Source: an uncultured delta proteobacterium (GTDB taxonomy: Bacteria > Myxococcota_A > Polyangia > Polyangiales > JAFGIB01). Taken from it: DNA of 64,000 nucleotides. Positions 39,163 through 47,147 of this stretch are shown piece by piece. Below the pieces are notes generated by a model, which ran no database searches, was not told where the DNA came from, and saw only the letters and a program-made list of their open reading frames with translations. The stretch's first letter is position 1; every line of letters starts with the position of its first letter. The stretch spans positions 512,001 to 576,000 of the forward strand of contig CAVZVA010000009.1 in assembly GCA_963778655.1 (NCBI GenBank), read 5' to 3'. Made by a program: the position numbers and the translations under genes.

Positions 39163-39610
39163 GCGCGAACCATAGCGCAAGCCGGCGACTCCGGTGGCTC
39201 CGCTGCCTCCGGTGGCTCCGCTGCCGCCGCGGCCGCTTTGGCCGAGCCCAGCCGATCCGCGGCTGCACCCGAGCCGCCGAGCCCAGCTGCTCCGCCGGCT
39301 GCACCCGAGCCGCCGAGCCCAGCCGAGCCCCGGCTCCACCCGGTCCGGCTCAACAACCGGCTCGCCGCGACAAGAGAACCGCCTCGAATCGACCGCTGCA
39401 GCGGCCGGGCTCGGCGATGCCCGGGCTACGCGGGCGCAGCAATGGTGGCGGCGGGGCCCGACGGGCTCGTGCGCGCAGCGAGCCGAAAAAATTCCGTTTG
39501 GGCAACGTTCGACGCGACAACCCGCGGTTGTGGAAAGGGCACCCATCCCGACTATTCTCTTCTGGCCGTGGGTTGTCTCTGAGCGATCGCTGCCCACCAA
39601 CGGAGCCTCG

Positions 39611-40102
39611 ATGTTGAAAGCCGATCTCTTCACCAGCCAATTCCCGAGCCTTTCGGTAGCGCTATCGCCAGCCGAGCTGGACGGCTTGCTCGCGGCCTTG
39701 GAGATTGAGCACATTGCCGCCGGCGAGACCCTCATCACCCAGGGCACTCCGTCGGACGCGCTCTACCTGGTGTGGGAGGGCGCGCTCGACGTCGAGTTCG
39801 CGAGCAAGCGAGGCAACTCCCTCTCGCGGCTGGGGCCGGGTGAGGTGGCCGGCGAGGTGTCGCTGCTCGATCCGGGTCCGGCCACGGCAACCGTCTATTC
39901 CGACGCGGGCTGCACCGCCCTGGTGCTGCGCCGCGCGCGGCTCGAACGACTGTGGGCGGATCACCCCGAGACGGCGACACGCTTTCTGGCCCATCTGTGC
40001 CGAGAGTTGGCCCACCGGATCCGCAAGACCACGATCGTGCTCAATCGCTCGCGCTCGCGACGGATGGCGACGGCCGCCGGAGAGGAGGGGAGGGGATGCT
40101 GA
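39611..40102 (+). CDS. Stand-alone cyclic-nucleotide-binding (CRP effector) domain protein
   Basis: [29 protein letters not shown]; no HTH; 7-nt overlap with next gene. Confidence 0.85.
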   Translation: MLKADLFTSQFPSLSVALSPAELDGLLAALEIEHIAAGETLITQGTPSDALYLVWEGALDVEFASKRGNSLSRLGPGEVAGEVSLLDPGPATATVYSDAGCTALVLRRARLERLWADHPETATRFLAHLCRELAHRIRKTTIVLNRSRSRRMATAAGEEGRGC

Positions 40103-43100
40103 CCCTCGGTGACATCGCCGTCCTGGCCAAAGTCCCCCACTTCAGCGGCGTCTCGATGAACGACGTCACCTTGCTCTCGGAGCTGCTGACCGTCGCCGAG
40201 TACGGCGATGGAGAGCGGCTGATCCGGGAGGGCGACACCGACGATGAGATCTTCATCCTGCTCTCGGGCGAGGTACGGGTCACAAGTGGCCGCCCGAGCC
40301 ACGAACAGGAGCTGAGCCGCATGGGCCCCGGCGACATGCTGGGCCTGCTCGCGCTGGTCGACAACGCGCCCCGCTCGGCATCTTGCATCGCCGTCGGCGG
40401 CGTGCGCGCCGCCCGCCTCACGCGCGAGGCCTATCGAAAGGCGAGCACCGGCAGCCCGGCGCTCGCGCTCGCCTTCCATCGCGCCCTCGGGGCCCAGCTC
40501 GCGCGGGACTACCGCACGGTCGCCGCCCTGCTGGAGGCCGAGCTCCCGACTGCGGAGCGCCGAGCTGATCGCCCGACGTCGGCGGAGGCCACGGACTGCG
40601 ACGTGGCCGTCCTCGGCGCGGGTCCGCTGGGCATGATGTATGCCCAGTGGCTGCGACGCATGTACCCGGGTGCCCGCGTGGTCATGCTCGAACGCCGCGA
40701 CATCCCCGGTTACAAGATCGGTGAGAGCACGCTGTCCACCACCGTTCGGGCCTTCCTGGACATGGGCTTCACCATGCCGCAGCTGCGCCGCCTGTTCGGC
40801 AACAAGACCGGGATCCGCTTCTTTTGGGTCGGGCCCGAGTCGGAACGACCGGAGCGAGAGGTGGACGTCGTGGACCTGGAGGAAACTTTCCAGGTCGAGC
40901 GCCGCGTGTTCGAGCTGGCGCTCCAGCGCCTCACTCGCGAGGCCGGCATCGAGATCCGTACCGGCACCCAGGTGGAGATCGAGAGCAGCGACCTCGATGG
41001 CGTGGTCAAGAGGCTTGACTGCGTAGGCCCCCACGGCGAGTACGCGCTGACGGCGAAGATCATCTGTGACGCCACCGGCCCGGCGGCGGTGCTGCCCCGT
41101 CACCTCGGCTTGTACCGCAAGGATCCGTCGCTGCACGACAGCTTCCAGACGAACTGCTACTTCGCCTACTTCCGCCAGAAGAAGCCCGTGCCGCTCTTGC
41201 GCTGGCAGGACCCGGCGACGCGCCACCTGTGCATGCCCCAGGGCTGGGTGTGGTTCATCACGCTGCACTCCTGGGAGTCGGCCGACGACCAGACGATCGC
41301 CGCGCTCGTGAACGACGTCATGGACCACAGCTCGCCCGACGATGCCGATCTGCCGTCACGGCGAGACCTCGCGAGCCGGCACGGCGCCGAGTTTTCGCTG
41401 CTCACCTCGATCGGCATCACCGTGCGCGAGGATATGGACACGGCGTTGGACCTTCCCATCGAGCAGCGCTTCCAGCACTACGTGCAGCGTTACCCCGCGT
41501 TCGGGTGGATCATGGAGCACTACGAGCTCGTGGAGCAGCCGTACCGGGAGAAGCGGCGTCCCTATGCGGCCTTCCTGGGTCTTGCCCACGACTGCACCCA
41601 GATCGCGGGAGATGGGTGGGTCGCGATCGGTGACTCCGCGCAGTTCAGCAATCCGTTGTTCAGCCACGGGCTCAACTACGGGAGTGGCACCGCCTACATG
41701 GCGGCGGTCAGCAGCGCTGAGGCCCTGGCCAGCGGGGACACCAGCCGCGCCGCTTTCTCCGCCTACGAACGCTACGGCCGCGAGACCTATCCCGTTTTGC
41801 TGCGGGAGACCGATTTTTTCTATCGCTCCTGGGCCCACCCCGACGGATTCGAGCGCACGCTGATGGCGAAGTTCCATTTTGGCGCGCTCGACGTGACGCA
41901 ACGCGAGTCGTACAGCGAGACCGACCCCTGGGTCTTCGATCTGCTCAACCCCGAATGGCTGGCGTTGATGGAGCGCGTTCGCGAGGTGGAGAAGCGCTAC
42001 GAGGCCGCAGGCGATGCGGACGGGCTCGCGGCGGCGATCGCCGCCATCGTGGATCCCTTCAACGCCATCTGCCGACAGAAGGCAAAGCAGCTCGGCCTCG
42101 ACTATGGAGAGATCTTCACCAACTACGACGGAGAAGGTCGACGACTCGAGGGCAGGGACAAGCCGCGTGGCTTCTTCAACGGGTATCAGTGCCCCACCTG
42201 CATGCTCTGGCAGGACGACACGCTCGAGCGCTGCCCCATCTGCGCCACGGCGAACGCACGGCGTCACGTGCCGACGCAGTCCGCGCGGGAGAACGATTCC
42301 GACCAGGCGCCCGTGCTGCAGTCGACAGAACGAGCCGAGGACCGCGGCGGCGCTGCGAGCACGCGCCCGAGCAATGAACCCGACGGCAGGCCGAGCACGC
42401 TCGAGGCCGATCGCGCCAACCGCCGGCGCTTCCGGTCCCTGCGGGTTGCGGCGATTCGGGAAGAGACCGCCACCGCCCGCTCGCTCGTGTTCGAGGTCCC
42501 GGAGCAGGAGCGGGAGCAGTTCCGTTACGCGCCTGGCCAGTTCCTGACGTTGCAGGTCGAGATCGACGGCGAGCCGCTGAATCGGTGCTACTCGCTGTCC
42601 AGCGTGCCGAGCGCGGGCGAGCCACCCACCATCACGGTGAAGCGCATCGCTGGTGGCAGGGTGTCCAATTGGCTCTGCGATCGCGTGAAGGTGGGCGAGA
42701 GGCTCGACGTGCTGCCACCCGACGGTCGCTTCACGGTGCCGGACCGCCCCGGAGACCTGTTCCTGTTCGCCGCCGGCAGCGGGATCACACCGGTGTGGTC
42801 GATCGCGCAAGAGGCGCTCGTGACCACTCCCCGCAACGTCCGCCTGCTCTACGTGAATCGAAGCGTAGAGGAGACCATCTTTCGTGGTGCAATCACGGAG
42901 CTCCGCAATCGAGCCGCCCGCCGGTTCAAGTTGATCGAGCGCATCGGCAGGCGCGAAGGCCGGCTGGACACGCGGGACGTGCAGGCCTACTGCGACGGCC
43001 AGACCCGGGGTCTGTTCTTCGTTTGCGGGCCGTGGGGATTCATGGACGTGGTCGAGGAAGGCCTGCTCGACATGGGCGTCGCGCCCGAAGACCTGCACGT

Positions 43101-43443
43101 GGAGCGCTTCGCCTCGCCGCTGAAGGACCGCGCCGTGCTCGCGCCAGCGGCGCAGCACGGCGAGCTGCCTGCCAGCCTGGTCACATTCGATCTGTTCGGC
43201 GTGGAGCACCAGCTGCGTTGCGCTCCGGACCAGACGCTCACCGAGGCTGCCTTCGCGGCGGGCGTTGCAGTGCCGACGTCGTGCGAGGAGGGCTACTGCG
43301 GCACCTGCATCGGCCGACTGACGGAAGGGAAAGTGGAGTGCGCGGTCGACGACGCCCTGTCCAAGGGCCAGAAGAAGCGCGGCTTCGTGCTGGCCTGTCA
43401 GGCTAAGCCCCGCAGCGCCTCACTCCGCGTCATATTCGAATAG
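40096..43443 (+). CDS. Fusion protein: cNMP-binding domain + MalA-type flavin-dependent halogenase with Zn motif + FAD/NAD/[2Fe-2S] reductase
   Basis: GERLIREGD..PRSAS; GAGPLG, PGYKIGESTL, LFGNKTG, GWVWFI, IGDSAQFSNPLFSHG, CPTC-x10-CPIC; RCYSLSS, AAGSGITP, VCGP, ERF, CEEGYCGTC..LAC. Confidence 0.85.
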   Translation: MLTLGDIAVLAKVPHFSGVSMNDVTLLSELLTVAEYGDGERLIREGDTDDEIFILLSGEVRVTSGRPSHEQELSRMGPGDMLGLLALVDNAPRSASCIAVGGVRAARLTREAYRKASTGSPALALAFHRALGAQLARDYRTVAALLEAELPTAERRADRPTSAEATDCDVAVLGAGPLGMMYAQWLRRMYPGARVVMLERRDIPGYKIGESTLSTTVRAFLDMGFTMPQLRRLFGNKTGIRFFWVGPESERPEREVDVVDLEETFQVERRVFELALQRLTREAGIEIRTGTQVEIESSDLDGVVKRLDCVGPHGEYALTAKIICDATGPAAVLPRHLGLYRKDPSLHDSFQTNCYFAYFRQKKPVPLLRWQDPATRHLCMPQGWVWFITLHSWESADDQTIAALVNDVMDHSSPDDADLPSRRDLASRHGAEFSLLTSIGITVREDMDTALDLPIEQRFQHYVQRYPAFGWIMEHYELVEQPYREKRRPYAAFLGLAHDCTQIAGDGWVAIGDSAQFSNPLFSHGLNYGSGTAYMAAVSSAEALASGDTSRAAFSAYERYGRETYPVLLRETDFFYRSWAHPDGFERTLMAKFHFGALDVTQRESYSETDPWVFDLLNPEWLALMERVREVEKRYEAAGDADGLAAAIAAIVDPFNAICRQKAKQLGLDYGEIFTNYDGEGRRLEGRDKPRGFFNGYQCPTCMLWQDDTLERCPICATANARRHVPTQSARENDSDQAPVLQSTERAEDRGGAASTRPSNEPDGRPSTLEADRANRRRFRSLRVAAIREETATARSLVFEVPEQEREQFRYAPGQFLTLQVEIDGEPLNRCYSLSSVPSAGEPPTITVKRIAGGRVSNWLCDRVKVGERLDVLPPDGRFTVPDRPGDLFLFAAGSGITPVWSIAQEALVTTPRNVRLLYVNRSVEETIFRGAITELRNRAARRFKLIERIGRREGRLDTRDVQAYCDGQTRGLFFVCGPWGFMDVVEEGLLDMGVAPEDLHVERFASPLKDRAVLAPAAQHGELPASLVTFDLFGVEHQLRCAPDQTLTEAAFAAGVAVPTSCEEGYCGTCIGRLTEGKVECAVDDALSKGQKKRGFVLACQAKPRSASLRVIFE

Positions 43444-43546
43444 GCCTATCGGGATACGCCCCGCTCCAAGCGCGGGACAGCAAGACCGGCGGGCGCGCGC
43501 CGCAGGCGCGCTTGCTTCTCAATCCTGCGGGTGCGAAAGGAGAGGC

Positions 43547-44920
43547 ATGATTGAAGGACCGATCACGGGCGGTAAGCACGGCTGGGCATTCGGTCGACCG
43601 CTTTTCGATCTCGCCACGCGCGGCTACCTCGAGGAAGAGTTCTTCATCGCGGGCGAAGCGACCACCTACCGCCCGGTCGCGGGCGCCGACTGGGGCCGCG
43701 ACGGCCAGTGGCGGGCCGAGCCCAAAGGCGACATGCCCTTCAAGACCCGCTTCCTGGTCTACCGGCCAGCCGACCCGAAGACATTCAACGGCACCGTGAT
43801 CGTCTGCTGGAACAATGTGACCGCCGGTTATGAGCTCTTCCATGGCGAGAGCCCCGAGATTCTCGAGGGCGGTTACGCCTACGTCGGCGCCAGCGTGCAA
43901 CGCGTCGGCGTTCACGGCTTTGCGGCCAATCCGCAGGGCCTCGCGGCGTGGGATCCCGAACGCTACGGCGAGCTCAGCATTCCGACCGACGCCGGCTCCT
44001 ATGGCATCTACGCTCAGGTGGGGCGCGCGGTCGGCCCCGACCGCGACCGCTCCGGCCTCGATCCGCTCGGCGGCCTGGATGTGAGGAAGGTGATCGCCAT
44101 TGGAGCCTCGCAATCCGCCGGCCGCCTGGCAACGTACGTGAACGCGATCCATCCGCTCGACCCAGTTTTCGATGGCTTCATGCTGCAGATCTACTTCGGC
44201 GCGGGCGCGCCGCTGGAAGGCGACAGAATCCTCGCGCTGTCGCAGCGGCCCGCACCGGCCCGCGTGCCGCGCGGCGCCAATCTGATCCGGGAGCTCGATG
44301 TGCCGGCGATGATCGTGAACTCCGAGCTCGAAGCGATCGCCTGTTACCGCGTACGCCAGCCGGACACCGATCGCTTCGTCACCTGGGAATCTGCCGGGAC
44401 CACGCACGTCCCGGTTCAGACTCAGCTCCTGCGCAACAGGAAGTACGAGCGTGAGAACGGCGTCGTGCCGGCCCCTCCGCAGAGCATGAACCGAATCGCG
44501 CTCATCCCGTACTACGACGCCGCGCTGCACCATCTCAAGCGCTGGGTCGATGGCGGCGCTCCGCCGCCCAGTCAGCCGCAGCTCGAATTCGCTGGCGAGG
44601 GGCCGGAGCTCGTGCGCGACGCGCACGGCATCGCGAAGGGTGGCATTCGCCTGCCGCAAGTCGATGCGCCGGTGGCGACCAACAGCTCGATTCCGATCAC
44701 CAACGACTTCTCCGGCTCCTTGCGCGGCTCCAACCGGCCCTTTGGCGCCGCCAAGCTCGACGCGCTCTATGGCGGCGAGGCGAAGTACCTCGCGCGCTTC
44801 GAAGGGGCGGCACAGCGCGCGGTCCAGGCCGGCGTCATGCTTCCGCGCGACGTCGCGCCGGCCCTGGAGGAAGCCACGCAGGAGTACCGGCGCTCGTACG
44901 CGACGACGGCGGCGAGCTAA
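43547..44920 (+). CDS. Alpha/beta hydrolase domain protein
   Basis: AAAGGAGAGG RBS; YLEEEFFIAGEA, FNGTVIVCWNNV, GASQSA, GGIRLP. Confidence 0.85.
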   Translation: MIEGPITGGKHGWAFGRPLFDLATRGYLEEEFFIAGEATTYRPVAGADWGRDGQWRAEPKGDMPFKTRFLVYRPADPKTFNGTVIVCWNNVTAGYELFHGESPEILEGGYAYVGASVQRVGVHGFAANPQGLAAWDPERYGELSIPTDAGSYGIYAQVGRAVGPDRDRSGLDPLGGLDVRKVIAIGASQSAGRLATYVNAIHPLDPVFDGFMLQIYFGAGAPLEGDRILALSQRPAPARVPRGANLIRELDVPAMIVNSELEAIACYRVRQPDTDRFVTWESAGTTHVPVQTQLLRNRKYERENGVVPAPPQSMNRIALIPYYDAALHHLKRWVDGGAPPPSQPQLEFAGEGPELVRDAHGIAKGGIRLPQVDAPVATNSSIPITNDFSGSLRGSNRPFGAAKLDALYGGEAKYLARFEGAAQRAVQAGVMLPRDVAPALEEATQEYRRSYATTAAS

Positions 44921-44974
44921 ATGACCGATCACACCGATCACGATTCGGCAGCGGCCCTATCGATCGGTTAGTTA
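44917..44974. repeat. Palindromic dispersed repeat, copy 2 (with 9-bp internal duplication)
   Basis: CTAAATGACCGATC-AC-ACCGATCACGATTCGG...CGATCGGTTAGTTAG between convergent genes. Confidence 0.72.
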
Positions 44975-44993
44975 GCGGTCCGTCCGCCGCTCT

Positions 44994-45707
44994 TCACGGG
45001 TGCATCGCCTCGCTCGGGGCGGCCCGCTCGGTGAGCGAAGTCCAGGTCGCTTCGTCCACGACGCGTTGCTTGAAGGTGGCGTGGCAGTTGGTGCAGGTCG
45101 CGAGCGTGTGGGTGAGCGCGGTCAACACGGCGGTGGCGTCGTGGTGCTTGGCGGCTTGGGCGATGGTGTCTGCGGTGTGGTGGAACTCGAGCGCGGCTTG
45201 CGTGAACCCCGGGGCGCCAGCGCCCATGTGGGTGCACATCTGGCCCATCTGCTCGGAGTAGCCGATGCGGCGCGCGGCCTTCTCGACGGCGTCGAAGTCC
45301 TTGACCGCCAGCGCGGCGGTGATGTCCTGCACCGCGCGCAGATGATCGCGCATGTTCTGCTTCTGATGGTTGGCCATCATCGGCACCAGCGGCACCGGTT
45401 TGCGCGTGTCCATGCTGTCGAGCATGGTCTGCGCGCCCGAGGGCGGCGCCTGCTCGGCCGCTGCAGCGGGCGTGCTGCTCGAAGCCGGCGCCGAGCCGCT
45501 CGAAGTGGCCGAGCTGCCCGAAGGCTCGCCCCCCTTGCTCGAAGCCGGCGCTGCCACAGCTTGCTTCGCCGCGTCCCCAGCCGCGCCTCTGCCTCTGCAG
45601 GCGCTGGCCGTCGCGACCGCGAGCACCGCCAGCGCGACGACCGCCTGCCAGCGCGCCCCGCCGCCAACGGCCCCTCCTGACACGCGCGACCGGATGCTCG
45701 TCTTCAC
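44994..45707 (-). CDS. Mono-haem cytochrome c (c'-like helical bundle), lipoprotein
   Basis: Lipobox ASAC; C-terminal CTNCH haem motif after helical segments. Confidence 0.8.
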   Translation of the reverse strand: MKTSIRSRVSGGAVGGGARWQAVVALAVLAVATASACRGRGAAGDAAKQAVAAPASSKGGEPSGSSATSSGSAPASSSTPAAAAEQAPPSGAQTMLDSMDTRKPVPLVPMMANHQKQNMRDHLRAVQDITAALAVKDFDAVEKAARRIGYSEQMGQMCTHMGAGAPGFTQAALEFHHTADTIAQAAKHHDATAVLTALTHTLATCTNCHATFKQRVVDEATWTSLTERAAPSEAMHP

Positions 45708-45726
45708 AACACAACCAGTGCTCGGA

Positions 45727-45751
45727 TGGTGGAGGCAGCGGGAGTCGAACC
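45727..45751 (-). mobile_element. tmRNA (ssrA) 3'-end fragment, probable att-site scar
   Basis: Minus strand GGTTCGACTCCCGCTGCCTCCACCA = T-loop, acceptor strand with alanine-type identity and CCA; no matching 5' half nearby. Confidence 0.72.
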
Positions 45752-46065
45752 GCTGCCCGAGTGTTGCGCCATCTAGACGCCGGCACAAGGTTTCCCGCGC
45801 AACACGCCGAAAACGCGGAGAAAACGCAGCGGGATGGGTGTTCCGTTTCGTTCCCTCGGGTTCCGCCTGGCCGGTTCGAGCGGCTTGAGCGGCTGGCGCG
45901 CGCTCCCGCTCTTGCGCGTTGGGCGACGTACATCAAGTGTTACCCGTAGGGCTGAAAGACCTACCCCACGCGACTAGCGGTCCCAATCGACGCAATGATC
46001 GATGGCAAGAAGCGACTCAGCGGAAGGAAGTTGGTGGTCGCCCCAATCCTTCGCGAGGAGGTCTC

Positions 46066-46731
46066 ATGTCCGTGCGCTCGCTTGGTCTGCAGGTTTGGTT
46101 TGGCGTCGCGCTCGCAGCATGGCTCGGCGCGGGCTGCGCCAGCAACAGCAAGTCCGGCACTGACGCCAGCGCGTCTGACACCGGTAGCCCCGGCGGCGCA
46201 GGCAGCGGCACGGCTGCCGCCGGCGAGATGGGTCAGGCAGGCGTCGGCAGCATCGCCGGGCCGAGCGGCACGGCGGGCATGAGCGGTTCGAGCGGCATGA
46301 GCGGCACCGCAGGCACGAGCGAGTCGAGCGGTACGGGCGGCAGGTTAGGCGCGGGTGGGTCGAGTGGCACCGGCGGCACCTCAGGCGCGGGCGAGTCGAG
46401 TGGCACCGGCGGCACCACGAGCGCGAGCGGGTCGAGTGACACGGGCGGCAGCACAGGCGCGAGCGGGTCGAGCGGCACGGGCGGCAGCACAGGCGCGAGC
46501 GGGTCGAGTGGCACCGGCGGCACCGGGGGCGCTCCAGGCAGCGCTGGCACCGGCACTGGCGGCAGCGATGCCAGCGGGACGGGCAGCGGAGCGCGAGACC
46601 CCAACGGTCCGTGCAAAGACCTGGACCTCCTCTGCTTCGATGTCTTCGACATGTTCATACTCAATCCCGAATGCGCAACCTGCAACGGCGGTATGGGCTG
46701 CCAGGACTGCGTGTTGTTTCAAGCGATCTGA
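46066..46731 (+). CDS. Gly/Ser-repeat lipoprotein with small 6-Cys C-terminal domain
   Basis: GAGGAGG RBS; lipobox GAGC; 12-aa GGSTGASGSSGT repeats; PCKDLDLLC..CATC..CQDC. Confidence 0.75.
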   Translation: MSVRSLGLQVWFGVALAAWLGAGCASNSKSGTDASASDTGSPGGAGSGTAAAGEMGQAGVGSIAGPSGTAGMSGSSGMSGTAGTSESSGTGGRLGAGGSSGTGGTSGAGESSGTGGTTSASGSSDTGGSTGASGSSGTGGSTGASGSSGTGGTGGAPGSAGTGTGGSDASGTGSGARDPNGPCKDLDLLCFDVFDMFILNPECATCNGGMGCQDCVLFQAI

Positions 46732-46812
46732 TTCAGGCGTTGGGCTGCCCCGACACCCTCGACGGGGCCCTGCCAATCGCAACCCACCTGCCCAACGAAT
46801 CCTAAGCGAGTG

Positions 46813-46831
46813 ACCAATGGTAACCATTGGT
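46813..46831. promoter_or_regulatory. Perfect 9-1-9 palindrome, candidate operator
   Basis: ACCAATGGT-A-ACCATTGGT in the intergenic region upstream of the STAND regulator. Confidence 0.5.
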
Positions 46832-47147
46832 GACCAGCGCGGCACGCGCACGGCGCCCGCGGGCCGCTATGTCGAGCCTTGAAGCGCGACTGTCCACAGC
46901 CTGCTAAGGCTTGGAAATGCCTAACCATTCCGAGCCGCGCCTTGCCCCTCCGATCGCGGCGGGACAAAGTCTGGGCATCGGCGAGGGCGCGGCGACGAGT
47001 CACATGCGTTCGCCGCGGCTTCGAGACGGCTTTCATTTCGCGATTGCATCGTCCCAGGTTTGCATTTAGACCAGCCCAACGCATCCTGAGCCCCAACGTG
47101 GCGCAGGTTTGCCGATTCGCGATTTCGTCTACGCTGCGCCAGTTGCG

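Noticed and set aside
39611..44920. Classical NRPS/PKS/RiPP cluster around the halogenase
   Set aside because: No adenylation, ketosynthase, carrier-protein or recognisable precursor gene in the window
45727..46100. Intact tmRNA or tRNA gene
   Set aside because: Only about 25 nt of 3' end; T-stem imperfect; no complementary 5' acceptor strand found at tRNA or tmRNA distance
46320..46530. CRISPR-like 36-bp periodicity
   Set aside because: Degenerate Gly/Ser linker repeats inside a lipoprotein CDS
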